Below are positions 55,369-64,000 of a stretch of DNA of 64,000 nt, one piece after another. The notes under the pieces were generated by a model, which was not told the DNA's origin, did no database searches, and saw only the letters and a list, made by a program, of their open reading frames with translations. Both the position numbers and the translations under genes were made by a program. How positions within the stretch are numbered: the stretch's first letter is position 1; each line of letters opens with the position of its first letter. The DNA is from Dehalococcoidia bacterium (GTDB lineage Bacteria > Chloroflexota > Dehalococcoidia > Lucifugimonadales > UBA2985), in NCBI GenBank assembly GCA_034423135.1, contig DAOUJC010000005.1:33985-97984 (forward strand), written 5' to 3'.

Positions 55369-56757
55369 TTAGGACACAGGTATGTATGACTGAGAAGTGA
55401 TACTCTCCGAAATGCGTCGGATCTGCTTGTCCAGTGTGGTGTCAGCATGACGAGCTCTCTGGATCTTCGCCCAAGCCTGCCGGATGGAGGGATGCTCTCT
55501 GTTGCCGACGAGGACACCAATGCTTTTCAGAGGCAACTGTGCCAGCTCTCGCAACAGGTAGATTGCCACTTGGCGAGCAAGTGTGACTTTCCTGTCCCTG
55601 CGCTTGCTGATGACAGCCTGTACGTCTACGGCGAAGAACTCACAGACGCAGCTGAGTATTGCCTCGGGCGCAGGCAGAGCCACTTGGGGCGACGACAGGA
55701 GATCACCTAGCGCGCTGCAGGCAAGAGTGAGGTCGATGTCACTGCCTGTCAGGTCTGCGTAGGCGGCGACGCGGTTGAGCGCGCCCTCCATGTCCCGAAC
55801 ACTCCCCGGGAACTTGGCTGCAAGCAGATCAAGCACATCTGCTGGAACGGTCACACCCATCTCCTGCGCCTTGAACTCCAGGATGGCCTGCCGCGTCTCC
55901 TGCGCGGGCAGTTGAATGTCCGCGCTCAGTCCCCACTGCAGCCGCGAGCGAATACGGTCCTCTATCGGGGCAAGCGCCGACGTTGGCCTGTCGCATGCCA
56001 GGACTATCTGTCGGTTGGAGTTGTGGAGGTCGTTGAAGGTGTGGAAGAAGCTCTCCTGGACGGTCTCCTTGCCGCGAAGAAACTGGATGTCGTCCATCAG
56101 GAGGACGTCGACGGACCGGTACTTCTCGCGGAACTCGCGCATCCGCTTCGTCTGCAATGAGGTGATGAAGTCATTGGTGAACTGCTCGGAACTCACGTAC
56201 AGGCAGGAAAGGCCCATGCTGGAGGAGGCGTTGCCGATGCCGTGCAGGAGGTGTGTCTTGCCCAGGCCCACGCCGCCGTACAGGAAAAGCGGATTGTAGG
56301 CTGTGCCCGGCCGGCTGGAGACGGCCACCGCCGCGGCATAGGCAAGCTGGTTGGACTCGCCGACCACGAATGAACTCAGCGTGTAGCGCGGGTTGAGCGG
56401 GTAGTTGCCGCGGACTGGCGGCGCCGTTCGCTCGTCTGGGCGTTGCTCCCCGTGACCGGCGTGGACGTGCGCTCCGACCGGCGAGGGGCTGGAATCCGGC
56501 GGCGCGCCGGCAACGCGGAAGCGCACCGTGGAGGGCCGGCCCGCGATCTGCGAAAGCGTGGCCTCGACGAGAGCCGACATCCGCTGCTCGAGCCAGCGGG
56601 CCGCGAAGGGCGATGCCGTCTCCACCACCATCCTGCCGTCGTCGTAGGAGACTCCCGTGGTATCCCGGAGCCAGGTGGCAAAGCTGGGCTTGCTGACCTG
56701 CAGTTCCAGGCGGCCCAGGACGGCCTCCCAAGTGGTGCGTGGACTCGGATGGTTCAA
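55369..56757 (-). CDS. dnaA: chromosomal replication initiator DnaA
   Basis: SFATWL, YNPLFLYGGVGLGKTHLL, DDIQFL, FFHTFN; TTG start at 56757 after AGGAG (ORF opens at 56922). Confidence 0.92.
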   Translation of the reverse strand: MNHPSPRTTWEAVLGRLELQVSKPSFATWLRDTTGVSYDDGRMVVETASPFAARWLEQRMSALVEATLSQIAGRPSTVRFRVAGAPPDSSPSPVGAHVHAGHGEQRPDERTAPPVRGNYPLNPRYTLSSFVVGESNQLAYAAAVAVSSRPGTAYNPLFLYGGVGLGKTHLLHGIGNASSSMGLSCLYVSSEQFTNDFITSLQTKRMREFREKYRSVDVLLMDDIQFLRGKETVQESFFHTFNDLHNSNRQIVLACDRPTSALAPIEDRIRSRLQWGLSADIQLPAQETRQAILEFKAQEMGVTVPADVLDLLAAKFPGSVRDMEGALNRVAAYADLTGSDIDLTLACSALGDLLSSPQVALPAPEAILSCVCEFFAVDVQAVISKRRDRKVTLARQVAIYLLRELAQLPLKSIGVLVGNREHPSIRQAWAKIQRARHADTTLDKQIRRISESITSQSYIPVS

Positions 56758-57046
56758 CGCTGTGTCGCCTCTCCTCAGGTGAGCCGCGGACGGCCGCGGC
56801 GCGGGCTGGACATGCCGGTATAGATAGCGCCGGAAGGCACTGGAGAGGCGCCCTAAGGCCGGGCGGCTTGGGGAGCGCGACGGGGTTGGAACCGGGGTAA
56901 GGCGGGTCGTTTCGTCGGTCACAGAGAATATAACAGGGGGCTAGTTTGGGGGGTACAAGAGGGTTGCGACGGGAATTTTGGGAGACTTTTGGAGGGCTGT
57001 TGTTTGGGCCCCTTCGTCCCACTATAATCGCCGCGAAGGAGCCGGA

Positions 57047-57991
57047 ATGCGTGTAGTCTACATGGGTACGCCTGCCTACGCAGTTACCCCGCTGGCCGGA
57101 CTGCTGGAGAGCGGCCACTGCTTAGCCGGTGTCGTGACGCAGCCCGACCGACCGGCGGGCCGCGGCCGCGGACTGCTGCCTCCGCCGGTCAAGGTGTACG
57201 CGGAGTCCCAGGGGCTGCGAGTGCTCCAGCCGACCACCCTCCGCGACGCGAACGCTCAGGCCGAGATCCGGGCGCTGGAGCCTGAGGTGATCGTCATTGC
57301 GGCCTACGGGCTGATCCTGCCGCGGGCCGTGGTCGAGTCGCCGCCGCTGGGGTGCGTCAACATTCACCCTTCGCTGCTGCCGAGGCATCGAGGGCCGTCG
57401 CCGGTCGCCTTCACCATCCTGGAGGGGGACGATAAGGCCGGCGTCTCGCTCATGCTGCTGGATCGGGGAACGGACTCCGGGCCGGTCATCGCTCAGGAGG
57501 AGAGGCCGTCGCAGCCCCAGGACACGACCGGTACCCTGACGAACGAGCTGTTCGAACGCGGCGCCGCGTTGCTGGCGCGCGTCCTGCCCGCCTACGGCCG
57601 CGGCGAGATCGCGCCATTGCCGCAGGACGAGAGCAGCGTAACCTACGCCCGCAAGCTCACCAAGGAGGACGGCGCCATCCGGTGGGAGCTGCCGGCAGTG
57701 GAGCTGTGGCGGCAGGTCCGGGCTTTCACGCCCTGGCCCGGCTCCTTCACGCGATGGCGCGGCGGCCTGCTGAAGGTCGTGGAGGCGGCGCCGCTGCCTG
57801 AGCAGGTCGACTCGACGCCCGGCACAGTCCTACGGCTGCCGCCCGGCGGGCCGGCCCCCGTGGGAGTGGCGACGGGCGACGGCGTGCTTGGCCTGGTGAA
57901 GGTGCAGCCGGAAGGACGCCGCATCATGGATGCTGCCGAGTTCATGCAGGGGCACGCAGACATCGTCGGATCGACGCTGACCGGACATTAG
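57047..57991 (+). CDS. fmt: methionyl-tRNA formyltransferase
   Basis: VYMGTP, VVTQPDRPAGRG, NIHPSLLPRHRG, DSGP. Confidence 0.95.
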   Translation: MRVVYMGTPAYAVTPLAGLLESGHCLAGVVTQPDRPAGRGRGLLPPPVKVYAESQGLRVLQPTTLRDANAQAEIRALEPEVIVIAAYGLILPRAVVESPPLGCVNIHPSLLPRHRGPSPVAFTILEGDDKAGVSLMLLDRGTDSGPVIAQEERPSQPQDTTGTLTNELFERGAALLARVLPAYGRGEIAPLPQDESSVTYARKLTKEDGAIRWELPAVELWRQVRAFTPWPGSFTRWRGGLLKVVEAAPLPEQVDSTPGTVLRLPPGGPAPVGVATGDGVLGLVKVQPEGRRIMDAAEFMQGHADIVGSTLTGH

Positions 57992-58112
57992 CTGAGGAGG
58001 GGATGCAGACCTGAACGTTGATGAGCAAGGGGAGGATCCGGAGGCTGCGCGAGCGGCCGCGTTCTACACCGGTGAGGGGTGAGATTAGCGACGGTCGCCG
58101 GATGCCGTGATG

Positions 58113-58280
58113 TCAGTCGCGATGGTTCATTTCGAAAAGGGCGTTGATTTCCGTGGCGTCGCCGGGGTTTTGGTCGCGTCGGGTCATCTCGAACTTCGCG
58201 GTGATCCTGTACGCCTTCAACAGGCGCACCACCATGACTACCACGCTGGCCAGAATCACAACTGCAGCTAGTGCACGCAT
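58113..58280 (-). CDS. putative 55-aa single-TM protein
   Basis: Hand translation MRALAAVVILASVVVMVVRLLKAYRITAKFEMTRRDQNPGDATEINALFEMNHRD*; GGAG upstream. Confidence 0.35.
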   Translation of the reverse strand: MRALAAVVILASVVVMVVRLLKAYRITAKFEMTRRDQNPGDATEINALFEMNHRD

Positions 58281-58401
58281 AGCTCGATGATGTCTCCGAA
58301 CCGCCGATTTCCCGTCTGCCGACGCTTCCGCCCGGCATCGTCCGCAGATACGAAGCCTAGCTGAACTGAAGCTCCGGTGTCAAACGGAGCGCGATGCCGC
58401 G

Positions 58402-58959
58402 TCACCTCGCATCGCGCATTGCGGCATCAATGACGCCCGTGATGAAGGCGGCCTTGGAGTCGGTGTAGGTCCGCCGGTCCTCCCGGTATCGAATCGCTAG
58501 CTCCCTCTTCAGACGGTCGTACTCGCGGGCCACGTCAGGGTTAAACCGGAGGTGGTCGCGGAATACCAGGTGTCGCTGGACTTCCGGATGGCCCGCCGGA
58601 AACATGTGGACGTGCATGACCGTGCGCCCCTCGACGACCCTGTCGAAGTAGAAGCGGCCTGCGATGCCGTTCTCGCCGCGGTACCGGTACCCGAGAGCCG
58701 TCATCCGGGAGACGGCTTCGAGGGCCTCCGCGGGGCCCGCCGCGACCGGCAGAATGTCCAGGATGGGCTTCGCCGCGAGACCCGGCATGGACGTGCTGCC
58801 GATGTGGTGTACCTCGGTGATCAAGGGCCGGCACGCCGCCAGGATGGCCATCGCCTCGCGCTGGAAGATCCGAGGCCACTCAGCGTTGTATTCGACGATC
58901 TCGATGTGCTCCCCAGGGGTGCCGAGTGAGTGCCAGCTAATGTGAGTGCTGCCCTCCAT
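58402..58959 (-). CDS. GrpB-family (UPF0157) protein
   Basis: IEIVEYNAEW, HHIGSTS, AKPILDI, FRDHLR, YTDSKAAFI. Confidence 0.9.
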   Translation of the reverse strand: MEGSTHISWHSLGTPGEHIEIVEYNAEWPRIFQREAMAILAACRPLITEVHHIGSTSMPGLAAKPILDILPVAAGPAEALEAVSRMTALGYRYRGENGIAGRFYFDRVVEGRTVMHVHMFPAGHPEVQRHLVFRDHLRFNPDVAREYDRLKRELAIRYREDRRTYTDSKAAFITGVIDAAMRDAR

Positions 58960-59602
58960 TATCGTGGGAGTGGCCCTCGTCTGCTTCCTCTTCCTGGGCG
59001 AACACATCCGGGTACACAAAAGCAGCAAACTCCTCCAACGCGTCCAGGAAATGAGGGCTGTCTATGCTGAATGAGTGGTCATCACTCAGTACGAAGATGT
59101 GATGTCGGATATGACTCGGGTCCTGCACCATGTGGAGGTTGGCCAGCTCAGGGTTGAACACCACGCTGCTTATCGAGTCCGCTACGATAATGTCAGGTTC
59201 AAGGTCGAGAATCACTGCCGGGCTGATCGGTTGGTATCCCTCGTGGGTGGCGACGTTTTCCATCTTCAGCAGTTCGAAGACGTCGTTCATCAGCGTGTTT
59301 CTCCCAGGCGTCAGCCAGTCGTCACTATGGAAATAGACCGTCCACACTGGATCTACCGACTCCATCTTTTCGCGGATTGCGTCCAAGCGAGGGTCAGCAA
59401 CTCGTGAGATGCGCTCAGGCACTTCTGTCGGTGGAATAGGAGTGGCAGTGGGAGTCGGTGTTGCAGTTGGCGACGGCGTCGAGGTTGGCACTGGCGTGGG
59501 GGTAGGTCGAGGCGTCGCCGTAGGCTCCGGCGTGGGCGTGGCCGGGCTGCTGCACGCAACCGCCAGCAAGAGTACGGCAACGATCGCCAGGTACTCTCTC
59601 AC
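58937..59602 (-). CDS. lipoprotein with partial periplasmic-binding (BtuF/Fe-siderophore type) domain
   Basis: Lipobox AVAC, Pro/Thr stalk, YQPISPAVILDLEPDIIV, His-rich tail. Confidence 0.65.
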   Translation of the reverse strand: MREYLAIVAVLLLAVACSSPATPTPEPTATPRPTPTPVPTSTPSPTATPTPTATPIPPTEVPERISRVADPRLDAIREKMESVDPVWTVYFHSDDWLTPGRNTLMNDVFELLKMENVATHEGYQPISPAVILDLEPDIIVADSISSVVFNPELANLHMVQDPSHIRHHIFVLSDDHSFSIDSPHFLDALEEFAAFVYPDVFAQEEEADEGHSHDNGGQHSH

Positions 59603-59727
59603 GCGGCAACTTCCCGAACGTGGACTTCCATTGGCAACAACCTCAGTCACTGTATCGCTCTGTCATTCTAGTGCGAGGTGATGAGCGTTAGCAACCGGCT
59701 GACTAGCAAAGCATCCTAGCGCGGCGA

Positions 59728-60564
59728 CTAGGCCGCCAAGTCAAAGGGCAAGTCGCTGATGTCACGCAGTCTTCTGCCTGTGACAAGTGTGGTTAGCAGA
59801 TCAGAGTCCGAATCGCCAACTGAGACCGAGGCCTTCAATTCACGCAATGCGAAGTGGTAGATACAGTCAATGTCACCGGTACCATAGGCGAGTGAGGCAA
59901 TTCGACCAGGCAGAGGTTCTCCCGTTACGACTACTATGTGTGGCGTCTTGCCTTTGCGGTTGCGTATAAGATTGAGGCCTTCCGTTCTTGCATTTTGGGA
60001 GCGGTCACTACGGATAGTCCACTTGCATGAGACGCTTGCGTGTAGGATTCTCGCTTGTGAATTAGTGCTCCGCAATGGCGTATGTGTAGCTACCGCGTCG
60101 TCGTTTAAGAGGTTGTCGTTCGCGTTGATTTTGGAATCAGTAACCGGCTCTCGGCAGATCACGATGTCCGGTGTGACGATGTAGTCACCGAATATGATTC
60201 GCAGCTCTTCATGCTGTTCAACAACTCTTCGTACATCCGATAAGTGCAAGTACTGCTCGTAGTCCCGTATGTTCCCACCAAGCGAGAACTCCCATTCCCC
60301 CGGTCGCAGATGCTGAAGTAAGGCAAAGGCGTCACGCAAGAAAGTCATTGTAGCCGCTTCAAACATGCGGCCTGCAGTCTGTCCCACCACCTTACCCGTT
60401 CCCAATTCAAGCCCGATATTGTCAATGACACTCTCGGCAAGCCTGACGCTGGAGGCGCTTGCGCCATCGGCATTGTTTGGAATCCCTGAGGAGTTCAGAC
60501 GCAGGACGTCACGGGCAATCTGGCGGTGGTAAGCCCGCCGAAGTGTCTCTAGCCTGCCGGGCAT
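59728..60564 (-). CDS. NgoMIV-family type II restriction endonuclease
   Basis: PDIV, HASVSCKWTIRSDRSQNARTE, PHIVVVTGEPLPGRIASLAYGTGDID. Confidence 0.9.
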   Translation of the reverse strand: MPGRLETLRRAYHRQIARDVLRLNSSGIPNNADGASASSVRLAESVIDNIGLELGTGKVVGQTAGRMFEAATMTFLRDAFALLQHLRPGEWEFSLGGNIRDYEQYLHLSDVRRVVEQHEELRIIFGDYIVTPDIVICREPVTDSKINANDNLLNDDAVATHTPLRSTNSQARILHASVSCKWTIRSDRSQNARTEGLNLIRNRKGKTPHIVVVTGEPLPGRIASLAYGTGDIDCIYHFALRELKASVSVGDSDSDLLTTLVTGRRLRDISDLPFDLAA

Positions 60565-61949
60565 TATGGCTTCACCAAGCCGATTACATATTCTTCATGC
60601 ATGCGCTTTTCGATCTGCGAGGACTTCAACTGGTCCCATCGCGCGGGCATCATGCGCTTGTCTCGGTCCAGCAACCGCGTTCCAATTCCAGCCAGAAGAA
60701 GGCCTGCGCATTCACCGATTGAGGCCAGTCCCTTATGTGTTTCTACGTCGAGGCCGCGCAATCTTGAGGAGCCTACAACCATGATGGACGCCCTGTCCCT
60801 CTTCAGAACGCGTCTCATTTCGCTGATCACACCCCTCATCTCCTCAAAGTATCGGCGCAGCACAAGAGCCTTCTTGTGGTCGAGAGCCGACAGTTTCGCC
60901 AGGATGTCTTCGCACTGCACAGGAAGCATCCCGGAATTCAGGCCGGTCGTGGCATTGTGCCCAACATATTTGCTACGAATGTGGCCCAAGTCGGAAAGCT
61001 TCCAACCGAACCACACCAGGGAGAATTTGTGGGCACGCATATAGTCAATGGCGTTGCTGGCATAGGGAGGCGATGTCACAATCAGGTCGACGCTTTCGGC
61101 CGGTAGGCCAGTGTCAGCAGCGCTAGTAGCGTGGATGGGAACTGGGGTGGCATACCTTTGGACCGGATTTCCGTCGCCCTCAAAAAGGGCAGGCATGTAA
61201 GCGCGAGGAGTCTTGCGCTGGGTGTGTCCAGAGGCGGTACGTTGCAGGCGTTTGCTGAATTCTGCGAAAGCTGAAACAGGTGTCTTTTGTGAATCCCTGT
61301 GTGGTCGGGTGTGAGCGAGGTCTCGCGCCAGCGACACGCCCCCCGATTTAGCAATGATCGTAGAGGAGAATACCACCTGCAAAAGATTCCGCGCTCCGCC
61401 TTCAGGCAGAGCTTCAATGCGCTGCACAAGGGCGAGCAATTCAAGCTGCTGTTGGGATGGAAACCAATAGTTGATGAAATTCTGTGTTGCAGCGTCGAAC
61501 CGAGCCGCAAATGCCCTTTCCAACCTGCTAGGGGATTGGTGGTAGTCTTCGCGTGCATCAGACAAGATTCTCTTGCCTTCCAAGAGGACCGCGACCAGGT
61601 CGATGTGGGTCAGCTTGGCAGTCGCAATCAGTCTTGCCAGCGGGTCAATGTCGCAGCCAACGGCACGGCGGCCGAGCCGTAGGGCTTCGACAAGTGTTGT
61701 ACCGGAGCCGAGCATCGGATCGAGAATGAGGTCTCCTGGGCGGGAGAGTTGGCGAATGAAGAATTCAGGCAGCTGTGGTGGGAACTTTGCGGGGAAAGGA
61801 TGCCAGGCGTGAGAATCGTAGGTTCCATCTGTGCCATGGAAATCCAGGTTGGCGTCAAGTGCTGCGCGCGTCGCATCCAGGCTGCGGCCGCTCCGGTCCT
61901 CAAGCTGGACATCGTGGTCCCTGCCGAGATCCGCTATTTTCATCGACAT
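60564..61949 (-). CDS. amino-type (SPPY) DNA methyltransferase
   Basis: HPFPAKFPP, LDPMLGSGTT (motif I), LIVTSPPY (motif IV); start at MSMKIAD; 1-nt overlap with the REase. Confidence 0.88.
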   Translation of the reverse strand: MSMKIADLGRDHDVQLEDRSGRSLDATRAALDANLDFHGTDGTYDSHAWHPFPAKFPPQLPEFFIRQLSRPGDLILDPMLGSGTTLVEALRLGRRAVGCDIDPLARLIATAKLTHIDLVAVLLEGKRILSDAREDYHQSPSRLERAFAARFDAATQNFINYWFPSQQQLELLALVQRIEALPEGGARNLLQVVFSSTIIAKSGGVSLARDLAHTRPHRDSQKTPVSAFAEFSKRLQRTASGHTQRKTPRAYMPALFEGDGNPVQRYATPVPIHATSAADTGLPAESVDLIVTSPPYASNAIDYMRAHKFSLVWFGWKLSDLGHIRSKYVGHNATTGLNSGMLPVQCEDILAKLSALDHKKALVLRRYFEEMRGVISEMRRVLKRDRASIMVVGSSRLRGLDVETHKGLASIGECAGLLLAGIGTRLLDRDKRMMPARWDQLKSSQIEKRMHEEYVIGLVKP

Positions 61950-62035
61950 CTCCGCGTCCTGGCATCCAAAAGACTTCAGTCGACTGTTTCTCGTATCGTC
62001 GGCTGGGCAACAGGTTATGTGGGTTCGTCCCACCC

Positions 62036-62110
62036 TGGTGGAGACAGGGAGTTCGAACCCCCAACTTCGGCGATGCGAACGCAGCGCTCTCCCAGTTGAG
62101 CTATAGCCCC
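62036..62110 (-). tRNA. tRNA-Ala(CGC), degenerate/possibly pseudogene
   Basis: Reverse complement GGGGCTATAGCTCAACTGGGAGAGCGCTGCG-TTCGCAT-CGCCG...GGTTCGAACTCCCTGTCTCCACCA; 75 nt with acceptor- and anticodon-stem mismatches. Confidence 0.7.
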
Positions 62111-62206
62111 GCGAACACGTCACTCGCGCTGTGCAGTCGATTGTATCGGCGCGGGCGTTGAGCGTCAATTCGCACGGAAGGGGCGATTACGTATCGATGT
62201 CCCACC

Positions 62207-62259
62207 GTCATTGCGGCGGAGAGCCTGCTCCGTATCGCGATGCGGGGTAGAAATCCAGG
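62207..62259. repeat. REP-like element (family B relative)
   Basis: GTCATTGCGGCGGAGAGCCTG...AAATCCAGG; same GTCATT...AATCC termini as 38947 and 44009. Confidence 0.45.
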
Positions 62260-62406
62260 AGCAGGGCGCGGCGCGGTTGACGCGGTTCTCCCCTATCAGG
62301 TGTAAAGAGTATTCGTGAAGGTATACGCAGCGCAACCTCCTTTCCTTGTGAAGCCCGAGGCACTGATATAATATGCTTACCACCAACAACTTTGGAGGAA
62401 ACCGAC

Positions 62407-62802
62407 ATGGCGCTGACCCTGGACGAATCGATCAAGCTGTGTGAAGCCGCTATAGCGAAGGCAAACGAGCTGGGAATCAAGATCAGCGTGGCCGTGTGCG
62501 ACCCCGGCGGAAAGTTGATCGCCTTCAACAGAATGGACGGGGCCATCTGGGCCAGCGTTTACGGATCCCAGGGTAAGGCAACCGCATCTGTCGGATTCGG
62601 GAGGCCCAGCGCCATGCTTCAGGAGCGCGCCGACCACCCGACCATCCGGGGCATCATCGCCGCCTCAGGCAGTGGCATGATCCCCGGCCAGGGCGCGGTA
62701 CCCGTCATCCGCGATGGTGTCGTAGAGGGGGCCTGTGGAGTCGGTGGTGGCACGGGTGAACAGGACGAGGTCTGCGCCCAGGCCGCGGTGGACTCACTGT
62801 AG
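62407..62802 (+). CDS. GlcG/HbpS-family heme-binding protein
   Basis: SVAVCDPGG, RMDGA, GQGAVPV, GACGVGGGTGEQD; GGAGG RBS. Confidence 0.9.
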   Translation: MALTLDESIKLCEAAIAKANELGIKISVAVCDPGGKLIAFNRMDGAIWASVYGSQGKATASVGFGRPSAMLQERADHPTIRGIIAASGSGMIPGQGAVPVIRDGVVEGACGVGGGTGEQDEVCAQAAVDSL

Positions 62803-62980
62803 TCACGGCGCCCGCTCGCGCTGCGACGGGGCTCGGGACGAGTCTCGCCGGGAAGGGTCATCCATGGGCAGATCAGTGGTGACGATGGTGGAGACGCCGC
62901 TGGCATCCGTGGCCCGGCTGCGAACCATCCTGGCTATGGACCTGTCGATACGCGGGTCCAAGAGGCCGGAATTGCCTTAG

Positions 62981-63721
62981 TCATTCAAACACCTTGGGAG
63001 AGCGCCGGGAAGACAGTTCGGCAACGACTCCGAAATGGTCTGACAGACTCCCACCATCGTGGAAGTTGCTGATGACGCCCAGTGACTTGACTGTCAGATC
63101 ATCACTCGATGCGATGTGATCAATACTCCTGCGTCCTTGGAATGCAAGTGCAGCGGTTACGACCGTCATGCTTGACGGGAAGGCTCTCTGGAGCGCCAAT
63201 TGAAGTTCAGATGGGGCACGACTGTCTGGTCCGATGGTCTGATTGAAGTCCCCCATTACGATCAGATGCTTCGCAGAAACTCGTGCGAGGACTTCGGTGA
63301 GACCGCCCAAGTACTGTCGATGGTCTTCCCACTGCTTCTTGCGTCCCACCTTGCGTCTGGCCTCAGTCCGTGATCCGAACCACGGAATACAGACTCCGAC
63401 AATTGTGACCGGGCCTAAAGATGTCTGCGTGACTCCGGCCACGAATCGTCCGGGCGGCATCGAATCGAGTCCCAAGTCATCGATCTGCTCCCAGGGTTCC
63501 TGTGACCAGAGCATAACCTTGCGTCGCCCTTCCTTGATCGTGTATCCGTAGTCGGGTTGAGAACAGATAGTGTGTCCATGTCGCGACAGCAACTCGACAT
63601 GGGCCTCGGTGAGACAGACAACATCGGGAGCATGCTGGTCTATGCGGTTCAGGACTTGAGCCGTTCGACGTGAGACGGGTGTAGCCCACTCCACATTCCA
63701 TGAAATCACTTTCAGTGACAT
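62981..63721 (-). CDS. endonuclease/exonuclease/phosphatase-family protein
   Basis: ISWNVEW, VCLTE, MGDFN, IDHI, SDHFGV. Confidence 0.88.
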   Translation of the reverse strand: MSLKVISWNVEWATPVSRRTAQVLNRIDQHAPDVVCLTEAHVELLSRHGHTICSQPDYGYTIKEGRRKVMLWSQEPWEQIDDLGLDSMPPGRFVAGVTQTSLGPVTIVGVCIPWFGSRTEARRKVGRKKQWEDHRQYLGGLTEVLARVSAKHLIVMGDFNQTIGPDSRAPSELQLALQRAFPSSMTVVTAALAFQGRRSIDHIASSDDLTVKSLGVISNFHDGGSLSDHFGVVAELSSRRSPKVFE

Positions 63722-64000
63722 GGCCTGCTCTCTTCGCCTATGCCTAGGGAAGTCGGTTATGGTCTCTCCGCGGTGGTCCGCAGGAGCGTCTGATAGCAGA
63801 GTAACAGACCCAGCCCTTAGGATGCGTTACAGTGCCAGCGTGAGGGTTCTAGATTCTTTCCGGATGGTGGGCCTGACTGAAGCGGCCTGTTGCCGGAAGT
63901 CAACGGGCACTGTTCTGCCCATCGCTAGCCGCTCACCTCAATGTCTACGCCCACCGGGCAGTGGTCGCTCCCCATGACCTCCGGCAGGATGAAGGCGCCC

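Overview
GC-rich bacterial chromosome segment that looks like Chloroflexota, class Dehalococcoidia. This is inferred from the short EF-Ts, an 11-subunit complex I lacking NuoEFG, an F420-dependent NADP reductase and Pro/Thr-stalk lipoproteins. The housekeeping backbone is mostly on the minus strand: ispG(5')-rseP-dxr-cdsA-uppS-frr, tsf-rpsB, nadC/nadA/miaB, tRNA-Ser(GCT), nuoABCDHIJKLMN, purF-purM-purH, serS-lysS-greA, holB-lysA, pyrD, pyrE-nadD-obgE-dnaA and fmt. Several small accessory islets interrupt it: (i) a bacterial Nav channel plus a PaREP1/HEPN-like gene where pyrH normally sits; (ii) HigBA, RelE-type and HicBA toxin-antitoxin pairs; (iii) a 1.4-kb islet bounded by a 51-bp duplication of the nadA 3' end, encoding a stand-alone recombinase core-binding-like protein and a secreted 6-Cys protein; (iv) an islet between an intact and a decayed tRNA-Ser, carrying a repeat-rich HExxH lipoprotein; (v) a nuclease-methylase + specificity subunit + HEPN defence cassette, with a U-UUU-UUA slippery site at the M/S overlap; (vi) an NgoMIV-like/SPPY-methylase R-M pair beside a degenerate tRNA-Ala. 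Other candidates are a structured ~300-nt leader before an orphan betaine-type binding protein, REP-like hairpin families, and a possible non-canonical oriC next to a DnaA with a divergent DNA-binding helix. All calls come from reading the sequence and the ORF track; no searches were run.
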